64,000 nucleotides of DNA. Origin: Camelus dromedarius (Eukaryota). The stretch lies in assembly GCF_036321535.1 (NCBI RefSeq), contig NC_087436.1:2542001-2606000 (forward strand). The letters are read 5' to 3'. The translations under genes were made by a program, and so were the position numbers. Of this stretch, positions 12,743 through 27,500 are shown piece after piece. Below the pieces are notes generated by a model. The model did not search any database. It was not told where the DNA came from and worked only from the letters and a program-made list of their open reading frames with translations. Numbering within the stretch: the stretch's first letter is position 1; each line of letters begins with the position of its first letter.

Positions 12743-15700
12743 GTTCGTTCATCTAGCACAAAGGGAACGGGTTGCATTAGAAAATATTTCTCTGGTTTCT
12801 CATTCTGTTTCCAAGTGCAGTTTTGAAGTTCCTGCAGTTTTCACTGTAAAAATGAGTTGGAGCTAGTACCTCCCCATAAATCTGTATGGAGTGGAGTTTG
12901 CAACTGAAAAGAAACTTTGTGTTCCCAACAAGGTAGTTGAAGGACGGCTTTCACACAGACTTATCTCTGAGAACTGAGCATGTGGAGAGACGTTCGTTCA
13001 TCTAGCACAAAGGGAACGTGTTGCAGGAGAAACTTTTACTCCGGTTTCTCAGTCTGTTTCCTAGTGCCGGTTTGAAGTTCCTGCAGTTTTCACTGTAAAA
13101 CAGAGTTGGAGCTAGTACCTCCCTATATATATGTATGGAGTGGAGTTTGCAACTGAAAAGAAACTTTGTGTTCCCAACAAGCTAGGTGAAGGACGTCTTT
13201 CACACACAATTATCTCTCAGAACTGAGCATGTGGAGAGACGTTCGTTCATCTAGCACGAAAGGAACGGGTTGCAGGGGAAACTTTTTCTCTGGCCTCTCA
13301 GTCTGTTTCCTAGTGCCGGTTTGAAGTTCCTGCAGTTTTCACTGTAAAACCGAGTTGGAGCTCGTACCTCCCCATATATATGTATGGAGTGGAGTTTGCA
13401 ACTGAAAAGAAACTTTGTGTTCCCAACAAGAGAGGTGAAGGACGGCTTTCACACACACTTATCTCTCACAACTGAGCATGTGGAGAGACGTTCGTTCATC
13501 TAGCACAAAGGGAACGTGTTGCATTAGAAACTTTTACTCTGGTTTCTCAGTATGTTTCCTAGTGCCGGTTTGAAGTTCCTGGAGTTTTCACTGTAAAACC
13601 GAGTTGGAGCTAGTACCTCCCCTTAAATATGTATGGAGTGGAGTTTGCAACTGAAAAGAAACTTTGTGTTCCCAACAAGCTAGGTGAAGGACGGCTTTCA
13701 CACACACTTATCTCTGAGAACTGAGCATGTGGAGAGACGTTCGTTCATCTAGCACTAAGGGAACGTGTTGCAGGAGAAACTTTTACTCTGGTCTCTCAGT
13801 CTGTTTCCTAGTTCCGGTTTGAAGTTCCTGCAGTTTTCACTGTAAAACCGAGTTGGAGCTAGTACCTCCCCTTATATATGTATGGAGTGGAGTTTGCAAC
13901 TGAAAAGAAACTTTGTGTTCCCAACAAGCTAGGTGAAGGACGGCTTTCACACACACTTATCTCTCAGAACTGAGCATGTGGAGAGACGTTCGTTCACCTA
14001 GCTCAAAGGGAAAGGTTTGCAGGAGAAACTTTTACTCTGTCTTCTCAGTCTGTTTCCTAGTGCCGGTTTGAAGTTCCTGCAGTTTTCCTGTAAAACAGAG
14101 TTGGAGCTAGTACCTCCCCTTATATATGTATGGAGTGGAGTTTGCAACTGAAAAGAAACTTTGTGTTCCCAACAATCTTGGTGAAGGACGGCTTTCACAC
14201 ACACTTATCTCTCAGAACTGAGCATGTGGAGAGACGTTCGTTCATCTAGCACAAAGGGAACGGCTTGCAGGAGAAACATTTACTCTGGTTTCTCAGTCTG
14301 TTTCCTAGTGCCGGTTTGAAGTTCCTGCAGTTTTCACTGTCAAACCGAGTTGGAGCTAGTACCTCCCCACATATATGTATGGAGTGTGGTTTGCAACTGA
14401 AAAGAAACTTTGTGTTCCCAACAAGCTAGGTGAAGGACGGCTTTCACACACACTTATCTCTCACAACTGAGCATGTGGAGAGACGTTCGTTCATCTAGCA
14501 CAAAGGGAACGTGTTGCATTAGAAACTTTTACTCTGGTTTCTCAGTATGTTTCCTAGTGCCGGTTTGAAGTTCCTGCAGTTTTCACTGTAAAACCGAGTT
14601 GGAGCTAGTACCTCCCCATAAATATGTATGGATTGGAGTTTGCAACTAAAAAGAAACTTTGTGTTCCCAGCAAGCTAGGTGAAGGACGGCTTTCACACAC
14701 ACTTATCTCTGAGAACTGAGCATGTGGAGAGACGTTCGTTCATCTAGCACAAAGGGAACGTGTTGCAGGAGAAACTTTTACTCTGGTCTCTCAGTCTGTT
14801 TCCTAGTGCCGGTTTGAAGTTCCTGCAGTTTTCACTGTAAAACCGAGTTGTAGCTAGTACCTCCCCTTATATATGTATGGAGTGGAGTATTCAACTGAAA
14901 AGAAACTTTGTATTCCCAACAAGCTAGGTGAAGGACGGCTTTCACACACAATTATCTCTCAGAACTGAGCATGTGGAGAGACGTTCGTTCACCTAGCACA
15001 AAGGGAAAGTTTTGCAGGAGAAACTTTTACTCTGTCTTCTCAGTCTGTTTCCTAGTTCCGGTTTGAAGTTCCTGCAGTTTTCACTGTAAAACAGAGTTGG
15101 AGCTAGTACCTCCCCTTATATATGTATGGAGTGGGGTTTGCAACTGAAAAGAAACTTTCTGTTCCCAACAATCTTGGTGAAGGACGGATTTCACACACAC
15201 TTATCTCTCAGAACTGAGCATGTGGAGAGACGTTCGTTCATCTAGCACAAAGGGAACTTCTTGCAGGAGAAACTTTTACTCTGGTTTCTCAGTCTGTTTC
15301 CTAGTGCCGGTTTGAAATTCCTGCAGTTTTCACTGTAAAACGGAGTTGGAGCTAGGGCCTCCCCATATATATGTATGGAGTGGAGTTTGCAACTGAAAAG
15401 AACTTTGAGTTCCCAACAAGCTAGTTGAAGGACGGCTTTCACACACACTAATCTCTCAGAACTTAGCATGTGGACAGACGTTCGTTCATCTAGCACAAAG
15501 AGAACGGGTTGCAGGAGAAACTTTTACTCTGGTTTCTCAGTCTGTTTCCTAGTGCCGGTTTGAAGTTCCTGCAGTTTTCACTGTAAAACCGAGTTGGAGC
15601 TAGTACCTCCCTATATATATGTATGGAGTGGAGTTTGCAACTGAAAAGAAACTTTGTGTTCCCAACAAGCTAGGTGAAGGACGGCTTTCACACAAAATTA

Positions 15701-18700
15701 TCTCTCAGAACTGAGCATGTGGAGAGACGTTCGTTCATCTAGCACAAAAGGAACGGGTTGCAGGGGAAACTTTTTCTCTGGCCTCTCAGTCTGTTTCCTA
15801 GTGCCGGTTTGAAGTTCCTGCAGTTTTCACTGTAAAACCGAGTTGGAGCTAGTACCTCCCCATATATATATATGGAGTGGATTTTGCAACTGAAAAGAAA
15901 CTTTGTGTTCCCAACAAGCTAGGTGAAGGACGGCTTTCACACACACTTATCTCTCACAACTGAGCATGTGGAGAGACGTTCATTCATCTAGCACAAAGGG
16001 AAAGGGTTGCATTAGAAAATTTTACTCTGGTTTCTCATTCTGTTTCCTAGTGCAGGTTTGAAGTTCCTGCAGTTTTCACTGTAAAAATGAGTTGGAGCTA
16101 GTACCTCCCCATAAATATGTATGGAGTGGAGTTTGCAACTGAAAAGAAACTTTGTGTTCCCAACAAGGTAGTTGAAGGACGGCTTTCACACAGACTTATC
16201 TCTGAGAACTGAGCATGTGGAGAGACGTTCGTTCATCTAGCACAAAGGGAACGTGTTGCAGGAGAAACTTTTACTCTGGTTTCTCAGTCTGTTTCCTAGT
16301 GCCGGTTTGAAGTTCCTGCAGTTTTCACTGTAAAACCGAGTTGGAGCTAGTACCTCCCCATAAATATGTATGGAGTGGAGTTTGCAACTGAAAAGAAACT
16401 TTGTGTTCCCAACAAGCTAGGTGAAGTACGGCTTTCACACACACTTATCTCTGAGAACTGAGCATGTGGAGAGACGTTCGTTCATCTAGCACAAAGGGAA
16501 CGTGATGCAGGAGAAACTTTTACTCTGGTCTCTCAGTCTGTTTCCTAGTGCCGGTTTTAAGTTCCTGCAGTTTTCAATGTAAACCCGAGTTGGAGCTAGT
16601 ACGTCCCCATATATATGTATGGAGTGGAGTTTGCAAATGAAAAGAATCTTTGTGTTCCCAACAAGCTAGGTGAAGGACGGCTTTCACACACACTTATCTC
16701 TCAGAACTGAGCATGTGGAGAGACGTTCGTTCATCTAGCACAAAGGGAACGGGTTGCAGGGGAAACTTTTACTATGGTTTCTCACTCTGTTTCCTAGTGC
16801 CGGTTTGAAATTCCTGCAGTTTTCACTGTAAAACCGAGTTGGAGCTAGTACCTCCCCATATATATGTATGGAGTGGAGTTTGCAACTGAAAAGAATCTTT
16901 GTGTTCCCAACAAGCTAGGTGAAGGACGGCGTTCACACACACTTATCTCTCACAACTGAGCATGTGGAGAGACTTTCGTTCATCTAGCAAAATGGGAACG
17001 GTTTGCAGGAGAAACATTTTCTCTGGTTTCTCAGTCTGTTTCCTAGTGCCAGTTTGAAATTCCTGCAGTTTTCACTGTAAAACAGAGTTGGAGCTAGTAC
17101 CTCCCCATATATATGTATGGATTGGAGTTTGCAACTGAAAAGAAACTTTGTGTTCCCAACAAGCTAGGTGAAGTACGGCTTTCACACACTTATCTCTCAG
17201 AACTGAGCATGTGGAGAGAAGTTCGTTCATCTAGCACAAAATTAACGGGTTGCAGGAGAAACTTTTACTCTGGTTTCTCAGTCTGTTTCCTAGTGGCGTT
17301 TTGAAGTTCCTGCAGTTTTCACTGTAAAACCGAGTGGGAGCTTGTACCTCCCCATAAATATTTATGGAGTGGATTTTGCAACTGAAAAGAAACTTTGTGT
17401 TCCCAACAAGCTAGGTGAAGGACGGCTTTCACACACACTTATCTCTCACAACTGAGCATGTGGAGAGACGTTCATTCATCTAGCACAAAGGGAACGGGTT
17501 GCATTAGAAAATTTTACTCTGGTTTCTCATTCTGTTTCCTAGTGCAGGTTTGAAGTTCCTGCAGTTTTCACTGTAAAAATGAGTTGGAGCTAGTACCCCC
17601 CCATAAATATGTATGGAGTGGAGTTTGCAACTGAAAAGAACTTTGTGTTCCCAACAAGGTAGTTGAAGGACGGCTTTCACACAGACTTATCTCTGAGAAC
17701 TGAGCATGTGGAGAGACGTTCGTTCATCTAGCACAAAGGGAACGTGTTGCAGGAGAAACTTTTACTCTGGTTTCTCAGTCTGTTTCCTAGGGCCGGTTTG
17801 AAGTTCCTGCAGTTTTCACTGTAAAACCGAGTTGGAGCTAGTACCTCCCCATAAATATGTATGGAGTGGAGTTTGCAACTGAAAAGAAACTTTGTGTTCC
17901 CAACAAGCTAGGTGAAGGACGGCTTTCACACACACTTATCTCTGAGAACTGAGCATGTGGAGAGACGATCGTTCATCTAGCACTAAGGGAACGTGTTGCA
18001 GGAGAAACTTTTACTCTGGTCTTTCAGTCTGTTTCCTAGTGCCGGGTTGAAGTTCCTGCAGTTTTCACTGTAAAACCGAGTTGGAGCTAGTACCTCCCCT
18101 TATATATGTATGAAGTGGAGTTTGCAACTGAAAAGAAAGTTTGTGTTCCCAACAAGCAAGTTGAAGGACGGCTTTCACACACACTTATTTCTCAGAACTG
18201 AGCATGTGGAGAGACGTTCGTTCACCTAGCACAAAGGGAAAGGTTTGCAGGAGAAACTTTTACTCTGTCTTCTCAGTCTTTTTCCTAGTGCCGCTTTGAA
18301 GTTCCTGCAGTTTTCACTGTAAAACAGAGTTGGAGCTAGTACCTCCCCTTATATATGTATGGAGTGGACTTTGCAACTGAAAAGAATCTTTGTGTTCCCA
18401 ACAATCTTGGTGAAGGACGGCTTTCACACACACTTATCTCTCAGAACTGAGCATGTGGAGAGACGTTCGTTCATCTAGCACAAAGGGAACGGCTTGCAGG
18501 AGAAACTTTTACTCTGGTTTCTCACTCTGTTTCCTAGTGCCTGTTTGAAGTTCCTGCAGTTTTCACTGTAAAACCGAGTTGGAGCTAGGGCCTCCCCATA
18601 TATATGTATGGAGTGGAGTTTGCAACTGAAAAGAACTTTGAGTTCCCAACAAGCTAGGTGAAGGACGGCTTTCACACACACTTGTCTCTCAGACCTTCGC

Positions 18701-19237
18701 ATGTGGAGAGACGTTCGTTCATCTAGCACAAAGAGAACGGGTTGCAGGAGAAACTTTTACTCTGGTTTCTCAGTCTGTTTCCTAGTGCCGGTTTGAAGTT
18801 TCTGCAGTTTTCACTGTAAAACCGTGTTGGAACTAGTACCTCCCTATAAATATGTATGGAGTGGAGTTTGCAACTGAAAAGAAACTTTGTGTTCCCAACA
18901 AGCTAGGTGAAGTACGGCTTTCACACACACTTATCTCTGAGAACTGAGCATGTGGAGAGACGTTCGTTCATCTAGCACAAACGGAACGTGATGCAGGAGA
19001 AACTTTTACTCTGGTTTCTCAGTCTCTTTCCTAGTGCCTGTTTGAAGTTCCTGCAGTTTTCACTGTAAAACCGAGTTGGAGCTAGAACCTCCCCATATAT
19101 ATGTATGGAGTGGAGTTTACAACTGAAAAGAAACTTTGTGTTCCCAACAATCTTGGTGAAGTACGGCTTTCACACACACTTATCTTTGAGAAATGAGCAT
19201 GTGGAGAGATGTTCGTTCATCTAGCACAAAGGGAACG
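12743..19237. repeat. Second copy of the 36-mer block, lacking 10 internal monomers
   Basis: The offset to the first copy drops from 8951 to 6467 near 16400. The difference of 2484 bp is about 10 monomers. Confidence 0.88.
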
Positions 19238-21820
19238 TGTTGTAGGAGAAACTATTACTCTGGTCTCTCAGTCTGTTTCCTAGTGCCGGTTTGAAGTTCC
19301 TGCAGTTTTCACTGTAAAACCGATTTGGAGCTAGTACCTCCCCATATATATGTATGGAGTGGAGTTTGCAACTGAAAAGAAAATTTGTGTTCCAAACAAG
19401 CTAGGTGAAGTACGGCTTTCACACACACTTATCTCTCAGAACTGAGCATGTGGAGAGACGTTCGTTCATCTAGCACAAAGAGAACGGGTTGCAGGAGAAA
19501 CTTTTACTCTGGTTTCTCAGTCTGTTTCCTAGTGCCGGTTTGAAGTTCCTGCAGTTTTCACTGTAAAACCGTGTTGGAGCTAGTACCTCCCTATAAATAT
19601 GTATGGAGTTGAGTTTGCAACTGAAAGGAAACTTTGTGTTCCCAACAAGCTAGGTGAAGTACGGCTTTCACACACAATTATCTCTGAGAACTGAGCATGT
19701 GGAGAGACGTTCGTTCATCTAGCACAAAGGGAACGTGATGCAGGAGAAACTTTTACTCTGGTCTCTCAGTCTGTTTCCTAGTACCGGTTTTAAGTTCCTG
19801 CAGTTTTCAATGTAAAACCGAGTTGGAGCTAGTACCTCCCCATATATATGTATGGAATGGAGTTTGCAAATGAAAAGAAACTTTGTGTTCCCAACAAGCT
19901 AGGTGAAGAATGGCTTTAACAAACACTTATCTCTCAGAACTGAGAATTTGGAGAGACGTTCGTTCATCTAGCAAAAAGGGAATGTGTTGCAGGGGAAACT
20001 TTTACTCTGGTTTCTCAGTCTGTTTCCTAGTGCCGGTTTGAAGTTCCTGCAGTTTTCACTGTAAAACCGAGTTGGAGCTAGTACCTCCCCATATATATGT
20101 ATGGAGTGGAGTTTGCAACTGAAAAGAAACTTTGTGTTCCCAACAAGTTAGGTGATTGACGGCTTTCACACACACTTATCTCTCAGAACTGAGCATGTGG
20201 AGAGACTTTCGTTCATCTAGCATTAAGGGAACGGTTTGCAGGAGAAACTTTTTCTCTGGTTTCTCAGTCTGTTTCCTAGTGCCGGTCTGAAGTTCCTGCA
20301 TTTTACACTGTAAAACCGAGATGGAGCTTGTACCTCCCTATATATATGTAAGGAGTGGAGTTTGCAACTGAAAAGAAACTTTGTGTTCCCAACAAGCTAG
20401 GTGAAGGACGGCTTTCACACACACTTATCTCTCAGAACTGAGCATATGGAGAGACGTTCGTTCATCTAGCACAAATGGAACCGTTTGCAGGAGAAACTTT
20501 TACTCTGGTTTCTCAGTCTGTTTCCTAGTGCCGGTTTGAATTTCCTGCAGTTTTCACTGTAAAACCTAGTTGGAGCTAGTACCCACCCATATATATGTAT
20601 GGAGTGGAGTTTGCAACTGAAAAGGAACTTTGTGTTCCCAACAAGCTAGGTGAAGGACGGCTTTCACACACACTTATCTCTCAGAACTGAGCATGTGGAG
20701 AGAAGTTCGTTCATCTAGCACAAAGGGAACGGGTTGCAGAAGAAACTTTTACTCTGGTTTCTCAGTCTGTTTCCTAGTGCCGGTGTGAAGTTCCTGCAGT
20801 TTTCACTGTAAAACCGAGTTGGAGCTAGAACCTCCCCATATATATGTATGGAGTGGAGTTTACAACTGAAAAGAAACTTTGTGTTCCCAACAATCTTGGT
20901 GAAGTACGGCTTTCACACACACTTATCTTTGAGAAATGAGCATGTGGAGAGATGTTCGTTCATCTAGCACAAAGGGAACGTGTTGTAGGAGAAACTATTA
21001 CTCTGGTCTCTCAGTCTGTTTCCTAGTGCCGGTTTGAAGTTCCTGCAGTTTTCACTGTAAAACCGAGTTGGAGCTAGTACCTCCCCATATATATGTATGG
21101 AGTGGAGTTTGCAACTGAAAAGAAACTTTGTGTTCCAAACAAGCTAGGTGAAGTACGGCTTTCACACACACTTATCTCTCAGAACTGAGCATGTGGAGAG
21201 ACTTTCGTTCATCTAGCACAAAGAGAACGGGTTGCAGGAGAAACTTTTACTCTGGTTTCTCAGTCTGTTTCCTAGTGCCGGTTTGAAGTTCCTGCAGTTT
21301 TCACTGTAAAACCGTGTTGGAGCTAGTACCTCCCTATAAATATGTATGGATTTGAGTTTGCAACTGAAAGGAAACTTTGTGTTCCCAACAAGATAGGTGA
21401 AGTACGGCTTTCACACACAATTATCTCTGAGAACTGAGCTTGTGGAGAGACGTTCGTTCATCTAGCACAAAGGGAACGTGATGCAGGAGAAACTTTTACT
21501 CTGGTCTCTCAGTCTGTTTCCTAGTACCGGTTTTAAGTTCCTGCAGTTTTCAATGTAAAACCGAGTTGGAGCTAGAACCTCCCCATATATATGTATGGAA
21601 TGGAGTTTGCAAATGAAAAGAAACTTTGTGTTCCCAACAAGCTAGGTGAAGGATGGCTTTCACAAACACTTATCTCTCAGAACTGAGAATTTGGAGAGAC
21701 GTTCGTTCATCTAGCAAAAAGGGAACGTGTTGCAGGGGAAACTTTTACTCTGGGTTCTCAGTCTGTTTCCTAGTGCCGGTTTGAAGTTCCTGCAGTTTTC
21801 ACTGTAAAACCGAGTTGGAG
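19050..21820. repeat. 7-monomer (1743 bp) repeat unit, a shortened variant of the 9-mer downstream
   Basis: GCTAGAACCT at 19081 and 20824 (offset 1743), each followed by the same variant monomers (TATCTTTGAGAAATGAG, GTACCGGTTTTAAG, GAGAATTTGG). Confidence 0.82.
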
Positions 21821-21859
21821 CTTGTACCTCCCCATATATATGTATGGAGTGGAGTTTGC

Positions 21860-24559
21860 AACTGAAAAGAAACTTTGTGTTCCCAACAAGCTAGGTGAAG
21901 GACGGCTTTCACACACACTTATCTCTCACAACTGAGCATGTGGAGAGACGTTCATTCATCTAGCACAAAGGGAACGGGTTGCATTAGAAAATTTTACTCT
22001 GGTTTCTCATTCTGTTTCCTAGTGCAGGTTTGAAGTTCCTGCAGTTTTCACTGTAAAAATGAGTTGGAGCTAGTACCCCCCCATAAATATGTATGGAGTG
22101 GAGTTTGCAACTGAAAAGAACTTTGTGTTCCCAACAAGGTAGTTGAAGGACGGCTTTCACACAGACTTATCTCTGAGAACTGAGCATGTGGAGAGACGTT
22201 CGTTCATCTAGCACAAAGGGAACGTGTTGCAGGAGAAACTTTTACTCTGGTTTCTCAGTCTGTTTCCTAGTGCCGGTTTGAAGTTCCTGCAGTTTTCACT
22301 GTAAAACCGAGTTGGAGCTAGTACCTCCCCATAAATATGTATGGAGTGGAGTTTGCAACTGAAAAGAAACTTTGTGTTCCCAACAAGCTAGGTGAAGGAC
22401 GGCTTTCACACACACTTATCTCTGAGAACTGAGCATGTGGCGAGACGATCGTTCATCTAGCACTAAGGGAACGTGTTGCAGGAGAAACTTTTACTCTGGT
22501 CTTTCAGTCTGTTTCCTAGTGCCGGGTTGAAGTTCCTGCAGTTTTCACTGTAAAACCGAGTTGGAGCTAGTACCTCCCCTTATATATGTATGAAGTGGAG
22601 TTTGCAACTGAAAAGAAAGTTTGTGTTCCCAACAAGCAAGTTGAAGGACGGCTTTCACACACACTTATTTCTCAGAACTGAGCATGTGGAGAGACGTTCG
22701 TTCACCTAGCACAAAGGGAAAGGTTTGCAGGAGAAACTTTTACTCTGTCTTCTCAGTCTTTTTCCTAGTGCCGCTTTGAAGTTCCTGCAGTTTTCACTGT
22801 AAAACAGAGTTGGAGCTAGTACCTCCCCTTATATATGTATGGAGTGGACTTTGCAACTGAAAAGAAACTTTGTGTTCCCAACAATCTTGGTGAAGAACGG
22901 CTTTCACACACACTTATCTCTCAGAACTGAGCATGTGGAGAGACGTTCGTTCATCTAGCACAAAGGGAACGGCTTGCAGGAGAAACTTTTACTCTGGTTT
23001 CTCAGTCTGTTTCCTAGTGCCTGTTTGAAGTTCCTGCAGTTTTCACTGTAAAACCGAGTTGGAGCTAGGGCCTCCCCATATATATGTATGGAGTGGAGTT
23101 TGCAACTGAAAAGAACTTTGAGTTCCCAACAAGCTAGGTGAAGGACGGCTTTCACACACACTTGTCTCTCAGACCTTCGCATGTGGAGAGACGTTCGTTC
23201 ATCTAGCACAAAGAGAACGGGTTGCAGGAGAAACTTTTACTCTGGTTTCTCAGTCTGTTTCCTAGTGCCGGTTTGAAGTTTCTGCAGTTTTCACTGTAAA
23301 ACCGTGTTGGAACTAGTACCTCCCTATAAATATGTATGGAGTGGAGTTTGCAACTGAAAAGAAACTTTGTGTTCCCAACAAGCTAGGTGAAGTACGGCTT
23401 TCACACACACTTATCTCTGAGAACTGAGCATGTGGAGAGACGTTCGTTCATCTAGCACAAACGGAACGTGATGCAGGAGAAACTTTTACTCTGGTTTCTC
23501 AGTCTCTTTCCTAGTGCCTGTTTGAAGTTCCTGCAGTTTTCACTGTAAAACCGAGTTGGAGCTAGAACCTCCCCATATATATGTATGGAGTGGAGTTTAC
23601 AACTGAAAAGAAACTTTGTGTTCCCAACAATCTTGGTGAAGTACGGCTTTCACACACACTTATCTTTGAGAAATGAGCATGTGGAGAGATGTTCGTTCAT
23701 CTAGCACAAAGGGAACGTGTTGTAGGAGAAACTAATACTCTGGTCTCTCAGTCTGTTTCCTAGTGCCGGTTTGAAGTTCCTGCAGTTTTCACTGTAAAAC
23801 CGAGTTGGAGCTTGTACCTCCCCATATATATGTATGGAGTGGAGTTTGCAACTGAAAAGAAAATTTGTGTTCCAAACAAGCTAGGTGAAGTACGGCTTTC
23901 ACACACACTTATCTCTCAGAACTGAGCATGTGGAGAGACGTTCGTTCATCTAGCACAAAGAGAACGGGTTGCAGGAGAAACTTTTACTCTGGTTTCTCAG
24001 TCTGTTTCCTAGTGCCGGTTTGAAGTTCCTGCAGTTTTCACTGTAAAACCGTGTTGGAGCTAGTACCTCCCTATAAATATGTATGGAGTTGAGTTTGCAA
24101 CTGAAAGGAAACTTTGTGTTCCCAACAAGCTAGGTGAAGTACGGCTTTCACACACAATTATCTCTGAGAACTGAGCATGTGGAGAGACGTTCGTTCATCT
24201 AGCACAAAGGGAACGTGATGCAGGAGAAACTTTTACTCTGGTCTCTCAGTCTGTTTCCTAGTACCGGTTTTAAGTTCCTGCAGTTTTCAATGTAAAACCG
24301 AGTTGGAGCTAGTACCTCCCCATATATATGTATGGAATGGAGTTTGCAAATGAAAAGAAACTTTGTGTTCCCAACAAGCTAGGTGAAGGATGGCTTTCAC
24401 AAACACTTATCTCTCAGAACTGTGAATTTGGAGAGACGTTCGTTCATCTAGAAAAAAGGGAACGTGTTGCAGGGGAAACTTTTACTCTGGTTTCTCAGTC
24501 TGTTTCCTAGTGCCGGTTTGAAGTTCCTGCAGTTTTCACTGTAAAACCGAGTTGGAGCT
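21860..24559. repeat. Copy of ~17380-20079 at an 18-monomer offset (4480 bp)
   Basis: ORF pair 18475/22955; shared GTACCCCCCCAT, GAGACGATCG, CAAGCAAGTTG and GACCTTCGC variants. Confidence 0.88.
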
Positions 24560-27500
24560 TGTACCTCCCCATATATATGTATGGAGTGGAGTTTGCAACT
24601 GAAAAGAAACTTTGTGTTCCCAACAAGCTAGGTGAAGGACGGCTTTCACACACACTTATCTCTCACAACTGAGCATGTGGAGAGACTTTCGTTCATCTAG
24701 CACAATGGGAAAGGTTTGCAGGAGAAACATTTTCTCTGGTTTCTCAGTCTGTTTCCTAGTGCCAGTTTGAAATTCCTGCAGTTTTCACTGTAAAACAGAG
24801 TTGGAGCTAGTACCTCCCCATATATATGTATGGATTGGAGTTTGCAACTGAAAAGAAACTTTGTGTTCCCAACAAGCTAGGTGAAGTACGGCTTTCACAC
24901 ACTTATCTCTCAGAACTGAGCATGTGGAGAGAAGTTCGTTCATCTAGCACAAAAATAACTGGTTGCAGGAGAAACTTTTACTATGGTTTCAGTCTGTTTC
25001 CTACTGCCGGTTTGAAGTTCCTGCAGTTTTCACTGTAAAACCGAGTTGGAGCTAGTACCTCCCCATATATATGTATGGAGTGGAGTTTGCAACTGAAAAG
25101 AAACTTTGTGTTCCCAACAAGCTAGGTGATTGACGGCTTTCACACACACTTATCTCTCAGAACTGAGCATGTGGAGAGACTTTCGTTCATCTAGCATTAA
25201 GGGAACGGTTTGCAGGAGAAACTTTTTCTCTGGTTTCTCAGTCTGTTTCCTAGTGCCGGTCTGAAGTTCCTGCATTTTACACTGTAAAACCGAGATGGAG
25301 CTTGTACCTCCCTATATATATGTAAGGAGTGGAGTTTGCAACTGAAAAGAAACTTTGTGTTCCCAACAAGCTAGGTGAAGGACGGCTTTCACACACACTT
25401 ATCTCTCAGAACTGAGCATATGGAGAGACGTTCGTTCATCTAGCACAAATGGAACCGTTTGCAGGAGAAACTTTTACTCTGGTTTCTCAGTCTGTTTCCT
25501 AGTGCCGGTTTGAATTTCCTGCAGTTTTCACTGTAAAACCTAGTTGGAGCTAGTACCCACCCATATATATGTATGGAGTGGAGTTTGCAACTGAAAAGGA
25601 ACTTTGTGTTCCCAACAAGCTAGGTGAAGGACGGCTTTCACACACACTTATCAGAACTGAGCATGTGGAGAGAAGTTCGTTCATCTAGCACAAAGGGAAC
25701 GGGTTGCAGAAGAAACTTTTACTCTGGTTTCTCAGTCTGTTTCCTAGTGCCGGTGTGAAGTTCCTGCAGTTTTCACTGTAAAACCGAGTTGGAGCTAGAA
25801 CCTCCCCATATATATGTATGGAGTGGAGTTTACAACTGAAAAGAAACTTTGTGTTCCCAACAATCTTGGTGAAGTACGGCTTTCACACACACTTATCTTT
25901 GAGAAATGAGCATGTGGAGAGATGTTCGTTCATCTAGCACAAAGGGAACGTGTTGTAGGAGAAACTATTACTCTGGTCTCTCAGTATGTTTCCTAGTGCC
26001 GGTTTGAAGTTCCTGCAGTTTTCACTGTAAAACCGAGTTGGAGCTAGTACCTCCCCATATATATGTATGGAGTGGAGTTTGCAACTGAAAAGAAACTTTG
26101 TGTTCCAAACAAGCTAGGTGAAGTGCGGCTTTCACACACACTTATCTCTCAGAACTGAGCATGTGGAGAGACTTTCGTTCATCTAGCACAAAGAGAACGG
26201 GTTGCAGGAGAAACTTTTACTCTGGTTTCTCAGTCTGTTTCCTAGTGCCGGTTTGAAGTTCCTGCAGTTTTCACTGTAAAACCGTGTTGGAGCTAGTACC
26301 TCCCTATAAATATGTATGGAGTTGAGTTTGCAACTGAAAGGAAACTTTGTGTTCCCAACAAGCTAGGTGAAGTACGGCTTTCACACACAATTATCTCTGA
26401 GAACTGAGCTTGTGGAGAGACGTTCGTTCATCTAGCACAAAGGGAACGTGATGCAGGAGAAACTTTTACTCTGGTCTCTCAGTCTGTTTCCTAGTACCGG
26501 TTTTAAGTTCCTGCAGTTTTCAATGTAAAACCGAGTTGGAGCTAGTACCTCCCCATATATATGTATGGAATGGAGTTTGCAAATGAAAAGAAACTTTGTG
26601 TTCCCAACAAGCTAGGTGAAGGATGGCTTTCACAACACTTATCTCTCAGAACTGAGAATTTGGAGAGACGTTCGTTCATCTAGCAAAAAGGGAACGTGTT
26701 GCAGGGGAAACTTTTACTCTGGTTTCTCAGTCTGTTTCCTAGTGCCGGTTTGAAGTTCCTGCAGTTTTCACTGTAAAACCGAGTTGGAGCTTGTACCTAC
26801 CCATATATATGTATGGAGTGGAGTTTGCAACTGAAAAGAAACTTTGTGTTCCCAACAAGCTAGGTGAAGGACGGCTTTCACACACACTTATCTCTCACAA
26901 CTGAGCATGTGGAGAGACTTTCGTTCATCTAGCACAATGGGAAAGGTTTGCAGGAGAAACATTTTCTCTGGTTTCTCAGTCTGTTTCCTAGTGCCAGTTT
27001 GAAATTCCTGCAGTTTTCACTGTAAAACAGAGTTGGAGCTAGTACCTCCCCATATATATGTATGGATTGGAGTTTGCAACTGAAAAGAAACTTTGTGTTC
27101 CCAACAAGCTAGGTGAAGTACGGCTTTCACACACTTATCTCTCAGAACTGAGCATGTGGAGAGAAGTTCGTTCATCTAGCACAAAAATAACGGGTTGCAG
27201 GAGAACCTTTTACTCTGGTTTCAGTCTGTTTCCTACTGCCGGTTTGAAGTTCCTGCAGTTTTCACTGTAAAATCGAGTTGGAGCTAGTACCTCCCCATAA
27301 ATATGTATGGAGTGGAGTTTGCAACTGAAAAGAAACTTTGTGTTCCCAACAAGCTAGGTGATTGACGGCTTTCACACACACTTATCTCTCAGAACTGAGC
27401 ATGTGGAGAGACTTTCGTTCATCTAGCATTAAGGGAACGGTTTGCAGGAGAAACTTTTTCTCTGGTTTCTCAGTCTGTTTCCTAGTGCCGGTCTGAAGTT

